This document shows positions 40,165-53,444 of a DNA stretch of 64,000 bases, one piece after another. Position 1 is the stretch's first letter. Each line of letters begins with the position of its first letter. Source of the DNA: Octopus sinensis. Taxonomy: Eukaryota. The stretch is taken from positions 24,056,001-24,120,000 of the forward strand of contig NC_043020.1 of assembly GCF_006345805.1 (NCBI RefSeq), given 5' to 3'. The notes under the pieces were generated by a model. That model had not been told where the DNA came from and did not search any database. It saw nothing but the letters and a program-made list of their open reading frames with translations. Both the position numbers and the translations under genes were made by a program.

Positions 40165-40602
40165 GCAAATAACAAGGATGTTCAGCTATCAATGCATTAC
40201 GGCCGTTAATCGATCAATGAAAACATTACATCAGTTTGAAATAAACGGCTCTCCTCGGATGCGTACAACTATATTTCCAACATAGAAGGATACACCGTTA
40301 TGATTTTTTAAGCAAATTTTTCATTAGTGCTAGAGACTAAAAATACGTACATTGCTTATTTTTGCTGTTATTGCTACAATAATAGCGAAAAGAAGCAATG
40401 TATTTTAATGTCTAGTACTGATGAAAATCTTGCTAGAAAATTATAATGGTGTATCCTTACTGTTGGAACTCTATATGGTCGTATGCATCCGATGAAAGCG
40501 GTTTATTTCAAACTGATGTAATGTCTTCATTGATCAATTAAATTGTGTCGCTTGAAACGGGCGTAATATAATGATACCTGAAGATCCTTGTTACTTATTT
40601 GC
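40165..40602. mobile_element. Degenerate ~440-bp palindrome (foldback/MITE-like)
   Basis: Arms pair end to end, e.g. CATTACATCAGTTTGAAATAAAC / GTTTATTTCAAACTGATGTAATG and AAGGATACACC / GGTGTATCCTT; centre TTATTG-CTA-CAATAA. Confidence 0.9.
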
Positions 40603-40649
40603 TTTATACACAAACAAAAACACACACACAGACACACATGTGTATATAT

Positions 40650-40741
40650 TGTTGCCGAACCGCTAAGTGACGGGGAAGTAAACACACCAGCATCGGTTGT
40701 CAAGCAATGCTAGAGGGACAAACACAGACACACAAACACAT

Positions 40742-40788
<47 letters not shown>

Positions 40789-40952
40789 CGACAGGCTTCT
40801 TTCAGTTTCCGTCCACCAAATCCACTCACAAGGGATTGGTCGGCCCGGGGCTATAGCAGAAGACACTTGCCCAAGATGCCACGCAGTGGGACTGAACCCG
40901 GAACCATGTGGTTGGTTAGCAAGTTACTTACCACACAGCCACTCCTGCGTCT
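40650..40952 (-). mobile_element. SINE family B, tail-truncated, low divergence
   Basis: Close match to the family consensus. Confidence 0.9.
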
Positions 40953-41407
40953 ATATATATCTCTTATTATAAAAGGCAGATTTTATCTGCCTCCCTTTGG
41001 GAGTTATACAAATCTACAATATAGGATTTCTTCAATTACAATTTACCAAGCATTTTTAAGAGTACAATGCATCGCGTCATGCCAGGTCCAGTTTTAAAAA
41101 TTTAACTCCAATTAAGCAAATTTACAGAAAACTCACATTTGGTGTGTGTGTCAAATGCTTTTCTTAGTCTGGTTACACCACACACGCAACGCACACACAC
41201 AGTGGGCAACGAATAAAATGAAAGTAAATAGCGACAGAGTGATTTGAGGAAGACTAAAGTGAAAGTATTCTGTCTATGACGCTGATAGATACATGAGTAA
41301 AATGTATGGGAAGCTAAGAGCTAAGAGTGAGTGAAAATGTTCTTGGAAGAGAGTAATTAGTAATAAAGTAAACATACACTCATACATACATACACACATA
41401 CATACAT

Positions 41408-41442
<35 letters not shown>

Positions 41443-41639
41443 TACACACACACACACAGTATTGAAGCTTGAGAACAATCAGATACATTTGCAACACATC
41501 TGTTGAAAATATTATTGTTCACACACATACATATACATATATACATACAGACAGACAGACAGATACACACACACACACACACACACACATGATCCAGCAT
41601 GGCCACAACCTCAAGGCTGAAACATATAAAAGAATAACA

Positions 41640-42005
41640 GAATATAAATGTGTGCAAAGTACAAGAAATATTAATGCAGTATATGGGGATTGGACAATGA
41701 GCGTAAGGCAGTGTCAATGGTGGTTCCAGAAATCCCGAGCCATAAACTACAGCCTAGAAGACGAGCCTCATCCTGAAAGATCTGTAGAACTCGACAAGGA
41801 CATCCTGAAAACCCTGGTGGAACAAAATATCATCGTAACTGTTGAGGAACTAGCAGAGAAGCTTGGATTTGGTCATTCAACCATTCATTGACACCTGTGT
41901 GCTATCGGAAAAGTCAGCAAATTGGGTCAATGGGTTCCTCACGAACTTTCCGAGTCTAATTGCATGCAGAGAGTGAATGTATGCTTTTCTTTGCTGTCAT
42001 ATCTC
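41640..42005 (+). pseudogene. Mariner transposase N-terminal fragment
   Basis: STRNINAVYGDWTMSVRQCQWWFQK...SLEDEP...VTVEELAEKLGFGHSTIH*HLCAIGKVSKLGQWVPHELSE. Confidence 0.9.
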
Positions 42006-42026
42006 ACCACTACTGCGCTATGTATA

Positions 42027-42658
42027 TCTATATATATAAAACTGTAGTTGTGTGAGTGTCTGTCCCCTTCGATTTAGATTCCTAACTACTCCCCCCATTT
42101 TGCGGTACAGTTTAACCAAATTCGGGTAGCTTATAGTCGTGATTCATATCGAGGCCGTCTGAATATTAGCGCGCGTCTACGATGAGTCTACGATTTTAAA
42201 AATAATTAACATCATTTTTATTCCATTTTAATGCATAATTTTTCGTGTGTCGATGGCGGCGGAGTTGCGTCCACGCTCACACCTGCACCTGTGGGGAAGG
42301 GAGTGTAAGGAAATCAACGTTGTAATGCGTTGTCAAGGAGACCAGTGTTCTTTAGAACAACGACTTCATGGCTTGAAGACACCAAAAGAAATGGCTAAGA
42401 AAGCGTCTACATGAGTCTACGATTTAAAAAAAAAATTACCATCGTTTTTTTTCCATTTTAATGCATTTTTTCGCTATTATATAAAGGAAGTAACTCTCTA
42501 AAAATGTCTACGATGAGTCAACGATTTAAAAAAAAAATTACCATCATATTTTTTCCATTTTTAATGCACTTTTTGCTATTTTTTGGCTATAACTCTCTAA
42601 AAATGCTTATATAGTTATTTCCCTTACAAACCCGAGCAACACCGGGCGATACTGCTAG
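42027..42658 (+). mobile_element. Non-autonomous Helitron 1
   Basis: A|TCTATATATATAAAA start; 3' hairpin CCCGAGCAACACCGGG then CTAG|T; three internal GATGAGTCTACGATTT repeats. Confidence 0.85.
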
Positions 42659-42679
42659 TATATATATAAACTAGACATA

Positions 42680-43045
42680 TCTCTCTATATATAAACGGCA
42701 AAATGTCTGTGTGCGTGTCCTTTATACAAATCCACAATTTTTCAGTTAGAGGGCTCGCACTTTCTATGGTCATTCAAAACCGTCCAAGGGTGGTCGTGCA
42801 CATCTTTAAATTTCCCCAGTCACCCCGCAAAGCCATTAGAAAATCAATAGAAGTGACTTTTTTGTGAATTTTCTATCCAAAACCCAATCAAAATGCCCGA
42901 AACTTGATATGCCAATTGAATGCCAGCTAGCTGAATGTGATTGGTTGGAAATTTGGACAGTACTCGCGTGTATGTGCGCACGCACGCAGCTGTATATATG
43001 CATGCACTAGCACTATGATCCGGCAACGCCGGGTCACAGTGCTAG
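42680..43045 (+). mobile_element. Non-autonomous Helitron 2 (different family)
   Basis: A|TCTCTCTATATATAAACGG start; perfect 3' hairpin CCGGC-AAC-GCCGG then CTAG (followed by A rather than the usual T). Confidence 0.8.
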
Positions 43046-43887
43046 ATATACGTATATATAATACTTAAAATATTTAGGTATTATATATGTATATATATCT
43101 TTATACATATGTGCGAAGTATATGACCTGCTTATTCTTTTATATTCCTGTTCCATTTTGTCCTTCAGTATACATACATGTGTGCAGGGAGAGGGGTACAA
43201 TAGATGCACGCGCGCGCACACACACTTAAGTGTGTATGTGTATTTACTGACTAAACCATCTTATTTGGTGTCCATCTTGGTTTTGTATACTTACTGTCAG
43301 ACCGGAAATTGACAACCTCTAAACATCAAATGTTCGGCCATATTTGCTCAGTTGATGTGCATCTCCATGTCTTTCACTTTGTTTTTTTTTTATCTTCTTG
43401 CCGTTCTTCCGTTTCTTTATCGCTTTTATTTAACTCCTTCTTTCACGAATTCTTTCCTCTGTTTTTAGAAACGCACACACACACACACACACATACACAC
43501 ACACACACATACACACACACACACGTTTTCTTAAAACATAAACTAGTGTGGCACTCATTAACTGTTGTTAAAGCAAATCTCTACAAACGGGATTTACGGT
43601 GTCCAGATCTATACAAATGGTTTAACTCTATGTTCAAACTGGGGCCCTGCTTCTTTCGACGCTTAGTAGTCTTGCATAAATATAATTCTATGTAAACCAA
43701 CATCCCATGTGAGTGAAGGACTCGGTGCCTTCTGCCTTTATTCATTTCGAAAAGAGCATGAAGAAATTCGGAATGCGTTGTCTTTTGCCGTTCGTACTCG
43801 TCAAAAGCTTGCGACTTATTTTTTGTATCTATATGTAATGTACACATGAATGTGGGCGCATATGTTTGCGCTGCACACACACACACA

Positions 43888-43969
<82 letters not shown>

Positions 43970-44397
43970 TGTCAAATGAGTCATTCGTCCGTTTTCAAAT
44001 CAGTAATTGATTTGTTCTTTCCTCTAACTAGCAATTGGCTTCAGTAAGATTACCATAGTGAATTTATGCGGGAACGGAAACCGTTTTTGAGCTGAAATCT
44101 TCAGCTTAAATTTGTTTAAATTAACACCAGGTTATAAATGAAATTGTTTAAGTTAGTTTTAAGTCTTGAGACAACCTCACATTAAATTTGATTACAGTTT
44201 AATGGTGTGAACTGTCCATACACGCACCTACATAAACACGTATGTACGAATAGAGAAACACGTTCGCATATAGACTTGTATATATAGGTATATACGTGTG
44301 TGTGTGTGTGTGTGTGTTAATACAAACAATATCCACACATACACACGCACACAGACAGTATCTACGCGTAAATTAAGGCCACGCATATTTTCTTATA

Positions 44398-44581
44398 TTC
44401 TTTCACTTGTTTCAGTCATGTGACGGCAGCCATGCTGGAGCACCGCCTTTAGTCAAGCAAATCGAGCCCAGGATTCATTCTATGGGACTCTTTTGTCGAA
44501 TCGCCAGGTTACGGAAAAGAAAACGCACCAACGTCGGTTGTCAAGCGATGTTGGGTTGACAGACAGACAGACAGACAGACA

Positions 44582-44621
<40 letters not shown>

Positions 44622-44792
44622 TATATATATATATATATTTACGACAGGCTTTTCTCAGTTTCCGTCTACCAAATTCGCTCAAGACCTTGGTCGGCGCGAG
44701 GCTATAGTAGAAGACACTTGCCCAAGGTGCCACGCTGTGGGGCTGAACACAGGACCATGTGGCTGGTAAACAAGCTACTTACCACACAGCCA
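44398..44792 (-). mobile_element. SINE family B
   Basis: Consensus tail, body and head. Confidence 0.9.
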
Positions 44793-44800
44793 CTCCTGTG

Positions 44801-44850
<50 letters not shown>

Positions 44851-45162
44851 TATATATATACACATATATACGCGCAAGAGCATACACAATATATCCGCAC
44901 TAAAGTACAAACTTACACACACACATATACATGTATCGGACACAGATACAGACATGTATACATCAGAACGACGTACAGTTAGAAATGTATGTTGTAATAA
45001 GGAGAGAGAGAGAGAGAGGGGGGGAAAGAGAGAGCGTGGAGGGGGAATTTTTAAAGATGAGTTTAAACTTTCCTAATTACAGTGTGAAAAGTCAATAGTG
45101 ATTCTGAATTTGATCAGAGAGAAAGATAATAGGTTTATGCTAAACATTATTTTATACCACTA

Positions 45163-45216
<54 letters not shown>

Positions 45217-45228
45217 TCTCTCTCTCTC

Positions 45229-45272
<44 letters not shown>

Positions 45273-45563
45273 GTATCTCTGTTTGGGTTTCTCAAATATT
45301 CAGTTCAATCATCTGAAAGATTCAAACTTTAGGAAATGAAGTGTAAAGTTATGTGGACGTAGGTGTGTGTGTGCATATGTGTGTACATATGTGTGTGTGT
45401 ATATGTCTGTGTGTATATGTGTATGTATATATGTGTGTGTATATGTATATATATGTGTGTGTGTTTATGTGCGTATATATGTGTGTACATATGTGTATCT
45501 GTGTGTGTCTATATGTATGTACATACGTGTGTGTGTATATGTCTGTGTGTATATATGTGCATG

Positions 45564-45602
<39 letters not shown>

Positions 45603-45772
45603 GTGTGTGTGTGTGTGGTGTGTGTGTGGTGTGTGTGTGTGCATATTTGTGCTTATGGTGTACAAATGTGTGTGTTTCTATATGTATGTATATACGTGTG
45701 TGTGTATATGTGTGTATATATATATGTGCGTTTGCTTATGTGCATATATGTGTGTATTTGTATATATATATA

Positions 45773-45833
<61 letters not shown>

Positions 45834-46174
45834 CTAGATAGATATAGATATAAATATGTGTCTCTGTCAGAATAACATTTCTTTAAAATACTTTACGTTA
45901 ACCAATATTAAATTAGGTATAATCAGATTGAGCCACAAATTATCAAAGTGCCACAACCGCCACCACGACTGCCACCACGACCGCCACCATCACGATTACT
46001 ACCACCACTACTACAACTACCACCACTACTACAACTACCACTATAACCAACAGCAAAGTAGACTATAGTATCAACCGCAAGGAACACTACAACTACTGCG
46101 TCTCATACTAGTTCTGCTCATAATGATGATCATGATGATGATGATGATGTTGAATAATAACAATAAGTTTTAGA

Positions 46175-46510
46175 TTTTGACTCCAGGCTAGTAATTTTTG
46201 ATCGAGGGTTAAGTCAGTTAAATCGATAGCAACTGCCTTACTTTGTCGTCCCTGGAAAGATAAAATGCAGAGCTGGCTTCGGTGCGATTTGAACTTAGAA
46301 CGTTAAGCACTGGAAGAAATGCAGCTAAAAACTTTTTTCCGTCACGCTAAGAATGCTGCTAGTTTCCCCCCCCCCGGTCTTATTATTTGAACCCACATCA
46401 TAAAGGTATTTCTTCTGAATTTACGTTTTAAGTTCAAACTTCGTCGGGGTCGACTTTGCTTTACATCCTTTCGAGATCGATAAAATAAGTACCAGTGAAG
46501 CACTGGCGTC
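46175..46510. mobile_element. Two SINE family A relics in opposite orientations
   Basis: GATTTGAACTTAGAACG (minus) and GTTCAAACTTCGTCGGGGTCGACTTTGC (plus). Confidence 0.7.
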
Positions 46511-46513
46511 TCT

Positions 46514-46732
46514 CTTTTTACTTGTTTCGGTCATTTGACTATGACCATGCTAGAGCACCGCCTTTAGTCAAGCAAATCAACCCGACGACTTATTCTTTGT
46601 AAGCCTGGTACTTATTCTATCGGTCTCATTTGCCGAACCGCTAAGTTACGGGGACGTAAACACACCAGCATCGGTTGTCAAATGATGTTGGGGGGACAAA
46701 CACAGAAGCACAAACTTATACACATACATACA

Positions 46733-46807
<75 letters not shown>

Positions 46808-46970
46808 GACAGGCTTCTGTCAGTTTCCGTCTACCAAATCCACTCACAAGGCTTTGGTCGGCCCGAACCTATAGTAGAAGACACTTGCCCAAGGTGCCAC
46901 GTAGTGGGACTGAACCCGGAATCATGTGGTTCGTAAGCAAGCTACTTACCACACATCCATTCCTACGCCT
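46514..46970 (-). mobile_element. SINE family B, complete, low divergence
   Basis: Close match to the family consensus. Confidence 0.9.
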
Positions 46971-47329
46971 GATGATATTGATTTGACCCTCTCCCTAGAA
47001 TTGCTAGCTTTGTGTCAAACTTTGAAGCCATTGTTACTGTTCTCATAGAAAAGCCACGAAGAGTCAACTCCTAGTTCCCACCACCAACACCACAACCACC
47101 ACCACCACCACCACTTGTTTTGTTATTTTCTCCTGTAAGCCGTGTCTGCAACATATAAACTGAGATTAAGCAGTGCACATCACCATGGATTGGAGCAATC
47201 ACTGGAAACTACATCGTGATGTAACCGTAATTTACTAAGACTTCCGAGGCAGAATCTGTTACCATCCTTCTGAACGCTCACCATGTTTATTTCCATTTCA
47301 GCCATCTCCGGTTTAAAAACTAAGATTTT

Positions 47330-48590
47330 TTCTAGGGCCGGTCGTTAAGATGGCAGACTGCGACGTGAACTGCAACGAATGTGACGGTACACCTTCAGAA
47401 TAGATGCCGTTTACGCCCCGACAGGAGCCACCCGTCCAGATTACTTTAACTGTTTCTACTCAACATCTATCTTATTCATCGCCATCACCCTTCGACGTGT
47501 GGAACAACCAATTCCAGTCAACCGGGGTGGGGGCGCATGCTGAATGCAAAACGTGCCACGTGACACCTCTGTTCGGGTGAAAGTTTCTTGAGTCCCTATC
47601 TCTCCTTTGTGCCTCAATCTGTCAAAATATTACCATTTGTAGCTGGCCGGACTGGCGCAACGTGACTGGGAATCGAAACCATGATCTCACGGTAACTATC
47701 TTATTTTTGTAGGCGTTGAATGGGCGATTGGAATGGGATCTGGTTTTTCATTGCTTTTCCAAATGAGTCAATAGAGAAATTGGTTAAATCGCAGTGGGTC
47801 ACCCAATGAGGTTTTCTTTAGGTTTGGTGTCAGTTGTCCACTGTTTGGAGCAGATGATTACTCTGACTGCAAATTTTTTTCCAACCAAAGCGAATAGACA
47901 AGAATCTGTTTATTGGACGATGAACCCCTCCCGCCGGAGCAGTTTGGGGAACTAATTAAGCGGGAATTGACTGGTATTTTATTGATAGATGATGGATATC
48001 GATAAAGAGAACATTTAGAGAAACATCTGATAAATTTAGCCATTAAATGGGTGTAGAGTAGAAAAGGAACTAGCTAAGAATGGTGTTTGCATGGAGTGGT
48101 ATTTGCAAACTACGTACTTCATGGCGAGAATGTTCCCTGACTATTTCTTCAAAGTGAAGCAGGACAGCTTCGTTGTTGGAACTGGAGAGTATGCCCCGAG
48201 ATATCAAGGAAAATGCCCTTCATTTGGCCTGGATTGAGGTAGAGTAACGTAGCAAGAAAATGTAGATTCCACTCGATGATGAACTGAGTGTGCTAAAAAA
48301 AGATGTGTGCAATTTCCCAGAAGTATTTTCCCCACTTCTCTCGTTAATCGTCGACCTGAAGACAGAATATGCGATGCTTACGACGAATATTTGCAGATCT
48401 CTCGAGCAGAGTGATTGTGTGGCGAATAAAAAGTGATTTCTGTTACTGGAGAGGCGGATGCACCGTGTGGGGATCAAAGCGCCGGTGTTTGATGTTTTGC
48501 CATACGAGCTATATTTACACATGCCAGACAACTTCGTTCCTGATTTTGCAGCTGTCGACTGCATCTCGCAGCAGACCAGGAGCATACGTA
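47330..48590 (+). mobile_element. Old L1/Tx1-clade LINE fragment (APE endonuclease to pre-RT region)
   Basis: TFRIDAVYAPTGATRPDYF (APE VYAP motif) near 47390 and PVFDVLPYELYLHMPD (resembles L1 SPGxDGLPxEFY) near 48485. Confidence 0.65.
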
Positions 48591-48685
48591 GGTGCACATC
48601 ACACATAAGCATTACAGCTGACAGAAAATAAGTGAAAATGTAGATACTGTAGGGTGCCGTATATGTTATAAAGGGAGTTTGTAAA

Positions 48686-48984
48686 AGAGCATGGCGTGGT
48701 GTTTAGGGTGTACGGTTCACAATTTGAAGGTTTTGAGTTCCATTTCCGGCTGCGCATTTTGTCCTCGAACAAAACATTATATTTCTCGTTTCTCCAGTTC
48801 ACTCACCTGGCAAAAATGTGTAGTACCTGTATTTCAAAGGTTCGACCTTTGTCACATTCTGGGCAACGCTGAATCTCTCCGAGAACTACGTTAAGAACTA
48901 CGCGTGTCTGCGAAGTGCTCAGCCGCGTAGGTGTTGATTTCACGAGCAGGCTGTTCCGTTCAACTGGAACCCTCGTCGTCGTAA
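48686..48984 (+). mobile_element. SINE family C, near complete
   Basis: tRNA-like head, then CACGAGCAGGCTGTTCCG...CAACTGGAACCCTCGTCGTCGTAA. Confidence 0.8.
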
Positions 48985-49430
48985 AGTAAAGTGTGTTAGA
49001 AAAGAAAAAGAAAAAAAAACATCAAATGAGATTATCCTCGTAATTAGTAGAAAATATCTCCCTCTAATGGAATTCAGGTTTAAAAAACAACAATTAAGGG
49101 AGAGAACTCAGTTACCTGGATGCCTGGAGTCTATAACATTTGCAAAGGAATATTGTATAACGGACATGATGTTGGACTTCGGATAAGGAAGAAGCAGGTT
49201 CGATTCAGAAAAAAAAGGGCTACGTGTTGTATCTTTAGCCGAAGCACTTTTCCTTCAAACTCTTATCCTTAAAACTTAAGAAACGCAAAACATCAACGAC
49301 CCTTGGGGATTACAACGACTCTTAGTGATGATAATATTCCTATGTTTTAAAAATCTATGTATTCAGTTTCGAATATCAGGCCACCAAAATTAATCCAGGT
49401 TTGTTTATGGAAGGAGATTATTTTCACGGT

Positions 49431-49476
<46 letters not shown>

Positions 49477-49793
49477 TATATAATATATATAAACTGTAAA
49501 ACTATTTAATTTAGGTATTTAATATACAACTCTGCACAAATACTTATTTCTATCTGCGTTCTATTGGTAATTTAATTATTAATACTACCTTATGGAAATT
49601 TCGTTTAAAACTTGAAAGGCCCACTAAGCGATCCCTAATGAGTATTCAATGAGAACCGAAACTAGCCACCTCATTCTCCATTTCAAGATGTCGAAACCGC
49701 AAACTTTTTGTTTATCTTAAACTTCCATTTAAACAAACACTAAATATATATTTATTAAACATATGGCATTTAATTCCCCCCTCCCGCTCTCTT

Positions 49794-49826
<33 letters not shown>

Positions 49827-50904
49827 ATATGCTGATTTTATACCGTGTATATTCTATGATTATGTTTACAGTCTAAAACAGGTGTTCTTTATATTGTTTG
49901 CTTCTGACTTCTGTGTGTGAAGTGCATGAAAAAGTATGTGTTCGGGCAGGGAATATTTCCAGTAATTATGTGTTTGAAATTAAGGAACGCCCGTCTTTCA
50001 GAAACCAGTAACTTAACACCGAAACAACACGGCCGCATAAAGTCACTGACAAGAATATATATGTCTCCAACAACGACATTCAACAATCTTAAGAGTATTT
50101 AGGATATATTCGCATACATAAAAATGCATATTAACTATTTTTACATTCCGTATATTCCCTTCATTTTATCACATTTGTTTTATTATATATATTGCTCTTG
50201 TTTTTGTTACTGTAGGTCTGTAGGAAGGTGGTGGGTGTGCGCGTATGTGACTGTCATTTGCTCTCCTTCCGCGAACAGTGATCTTGATTCTGTTCATCTT
50301 TTTAAACCGTTGACAGGAAAATCCTGCAGGAAAGGAAAAGAAGGAGATGATTCCAGCGGGGGGCGATTGTCCCGCGGAGGAAGAACTGGATAAAGAGATT
50401 AGTGCAGGAACGTAGTGTTTAGAAGTAACAAGAGAGATGAGAAAGCACTAATGAGAACCTGCGTCATGGTAGACTAATAACATCCACAAGCGGAGAACAG
50501 AGGCCATTGCAGTAGTGGTATGGAAGACAGAATGGAGAAAGAGAGAGAGAGAGAAAGGAGGAGGTGTGAGAGAGAGAGTGGTGAGGGAGAGAGAGAGAAA
50601 GGGAGAGAGAGAGAGCATGCTTTGGGGCGAACAGAGCACTTTCCTTTAAAACTGAATGACCGTCAGTCGAGTGGTCCTTCTCTGGTGCCGTCTCCGATGC
50701 AGATACAGTGTTCCAGATGAGGGAGGCGTACGGTTTTTCGCATTATCATCGACATTGTCGTCTCCTTCATTATCGTCATGTTCAGCATTGACAGCGCCAT
50801 CCTCATCATTGACATCATGCTCATCATCATCACCATCCACGTAATCTATGTTGACGTCATTGACATCATTATCATCTCCATTGTTATGCCCATAACCACA
50901 ATCT

Positions 50905-50950
<46 letters not shown>

Positions 50951-51478
50951 GAGCTACAAGAGATAGGCAATATCGTTTAAAGAACAGTTTGATGTGTTAA
51001 TAATCCTTTCATTTACTTTTATTCAATATTATTTTTCTCTTTTAAAATTTGAAATTTCTTTTTTGTCTTTTTCAAGAAACATTTTCTTTGAAGAAGAAAA
51101 AATATTTAACCATCGACCAGAAAAAACTTATCTCAAAAGCTTATGTTCTATAGAATGTGTATATATGTGTATGGATGTGTGTTTATGTGTGTGTATACAT
51201 TTATATATATATATATGCGTCTATAAAAGTGCATATAAGTGTTTGTACATATATGTGTGTAAATATGTGTACATATATGTGTGTGTGTGTGTTATGTGTG
51301 CGTATATATAAATATATTTATACATACACATTTACATTTACAATAAACACACACATTCTTACACACGTGCCTACCTGTCTGTATAAATGTATGTGTGTAT
51401 ATGTTTAGAATTTGGATATATACTTCGGTATGAATGTAACTACACACACACGCAAATGATTATGCATATATATGTGTG

Positions 51479-51511
<33 letters not shown>

Positions 51512-51653
51512 CGCATATGTATATATATGCACATATATGTATGAATATTACACACTCATATATACATACATACACAAATAAGTAGACATATATTATATAT
51601 TATATATATATATAATATACATATTACATATAATAGTATATAACATAATATTA

Positions 51654-51720
<67 letters not shown>

Positions 51721-51729
51721 CACATATGT

Positions 51730-52048
51730 GAAGGCGCGTGCCTCAGAGTTTAGGTTACTCGACTTACGATCGTAAGGTCGTGCGTTCAATTCCCGGCCAT
51801 GCGTTATGTTCTTGAGCAAGGCAGTTAATTTCACGTTGCTCCAGGTCACTCAGCTGGCAACAATGAATTGTACCTGTAATTAAGAAGGAGCCAACCTTGT
51901 CACATTCTGTGTCATGCTGAATCTCCCTAAGAACTATATTAAGAGTATGCATGTCTGTGGAGTACTCAACCACGTCCAAGTTATTTCGCAAGAAGCCTGT
52001 TCTGTTGATCGGATCAACTGAAATCCTTGTCAATACCGACGGAATGCC
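51730..52048 (+). mobile_element. SINE family C, complete
   Basis: GAAGGCGCGTG...GCGTTCAATTCCCGG...CTTGAGCAAGGCA...GATCGGATCAACTG...ACCGACGGAATGCC. Confidence 0.85.
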
Positions 52049-52072
52049 AATGTTATATAAACACAAGTGTGT

Positions 52073-52110
<38 letters not shown>

Positions 52111-52139
52111 GTACACACACACACGCACATATATATATA

Positions 52140-52174
<35 letters not shown>

Positions 52175-53444
52175 CGTACACACACACACGCACACAGATG
52201 CACAATTTTAACTCAGTAATTTTTGGTGTGTTAACTAAGTGCTACATGGAACGCGAAACCCTATTACTCACAACCACTCCGTCACTAAAGCACACCAGAA
52301 TATAACCACCAAGAATTACCCTGCACCAAGGCACAGACTCTTTGCCATAACGATACTAAGACAATATTGTAGCATCCTTTGAAATAAAAGCAACCACAGA
52401 AAATTTCTATATATTCAGGCTGTGTGTGCCTCTATGAAGATGCACACACACCCACACGGACACAGATAGAGAGATACATATGCATATATATGACCTTGTA
52501 TACAAAAGAACACATATGCCTATAATTTTGTATATGTATCTCGGTATGTGTGTGTATATATATTTATACATAACTATAAATACATGAGTATGTACTTATG
52601 TATATGTATATTTGTATGAATATATAAATACGCACATATATATATATATACATGTATCGATGTGTGTGTGCTTAGATAAGCATTACTGTTCACACCTATG
52701 TTTGTGTGTATGTATATATATATATGTATGCATACATAGAACCATATGTATGTATATATGAACGTATTAGAAAGACGAAAAATACATAAGAAGTTAGAGA
52801 TAATGTTTGGAATAGAATATTTTTTCATACAAGAAAAATAATGATGAAACATTAATCTACAAAATTATTGCAAAAAGAATTAAAATACATTTTTAAAAAA
52901 TCAACCGAATGAATAATTTTGATAAACAGCCGTTTAAAAAAAATACAAATGAGACAAAATTAATTTCAAACACTTAAGAGTGTCGGCCTTCGTGGTCGTT
53001 AATTCATATGACAAAAATATATATAATTTAGTTTCTTTATAGCGCTATGTGGTGATGTATGCCTGCTTGTCTTATATCCAATGTGTATATATATATGTGC
53101 CTGTGTGCGCTTGTGTGTGTATATATAATGTATGTGTGTGTGTGTCTTTTATATAGACAGACTGGCTGGTGATGTCTTCTTCCCTCTGTTTCTCCTCATT
53201 TGCCTCTTCTCTTAGACTTGACTTTCCTTCTAACTCTTGTCCTTCTCCGCCCACACCACCATTTTATCTACTTGGACCATTCGTGTATATGGGTGTGTTT
53301 ATATTCTTTTGCTTGTTTCCGTCAACTGACTGCGACCATGCTGGAGCACCAAGCTTAGTATCTCTCCACACGGTGAGCCCGCAACAGCTGGACATATTGC
53401 ATTGCAACCGGACTCATGAGAGTTCTGTGGCCTTATAATCATTC

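Noticed and set aside
40959-41200. Possible Helitron 5' end (A|TCTCTTATTATAAAAGG)
   Set aside because: No 3' hairpin or CTRR end was found, so the call rests on one terminus.
43581-43967. 128-aa minus-strand ORF with a non-repetitive C-terminal half
   Set aside because: It starts in (GT)n, has no recognisable domain, and lacks a convincing splice acceptor.
51730-51800. tRNA-like sequences here and at other SINE heads
   Set aside because: They carry A/B-box remnants but run straight into SINE bodies and do not give full cloverleaves; they are not tRNA genes.
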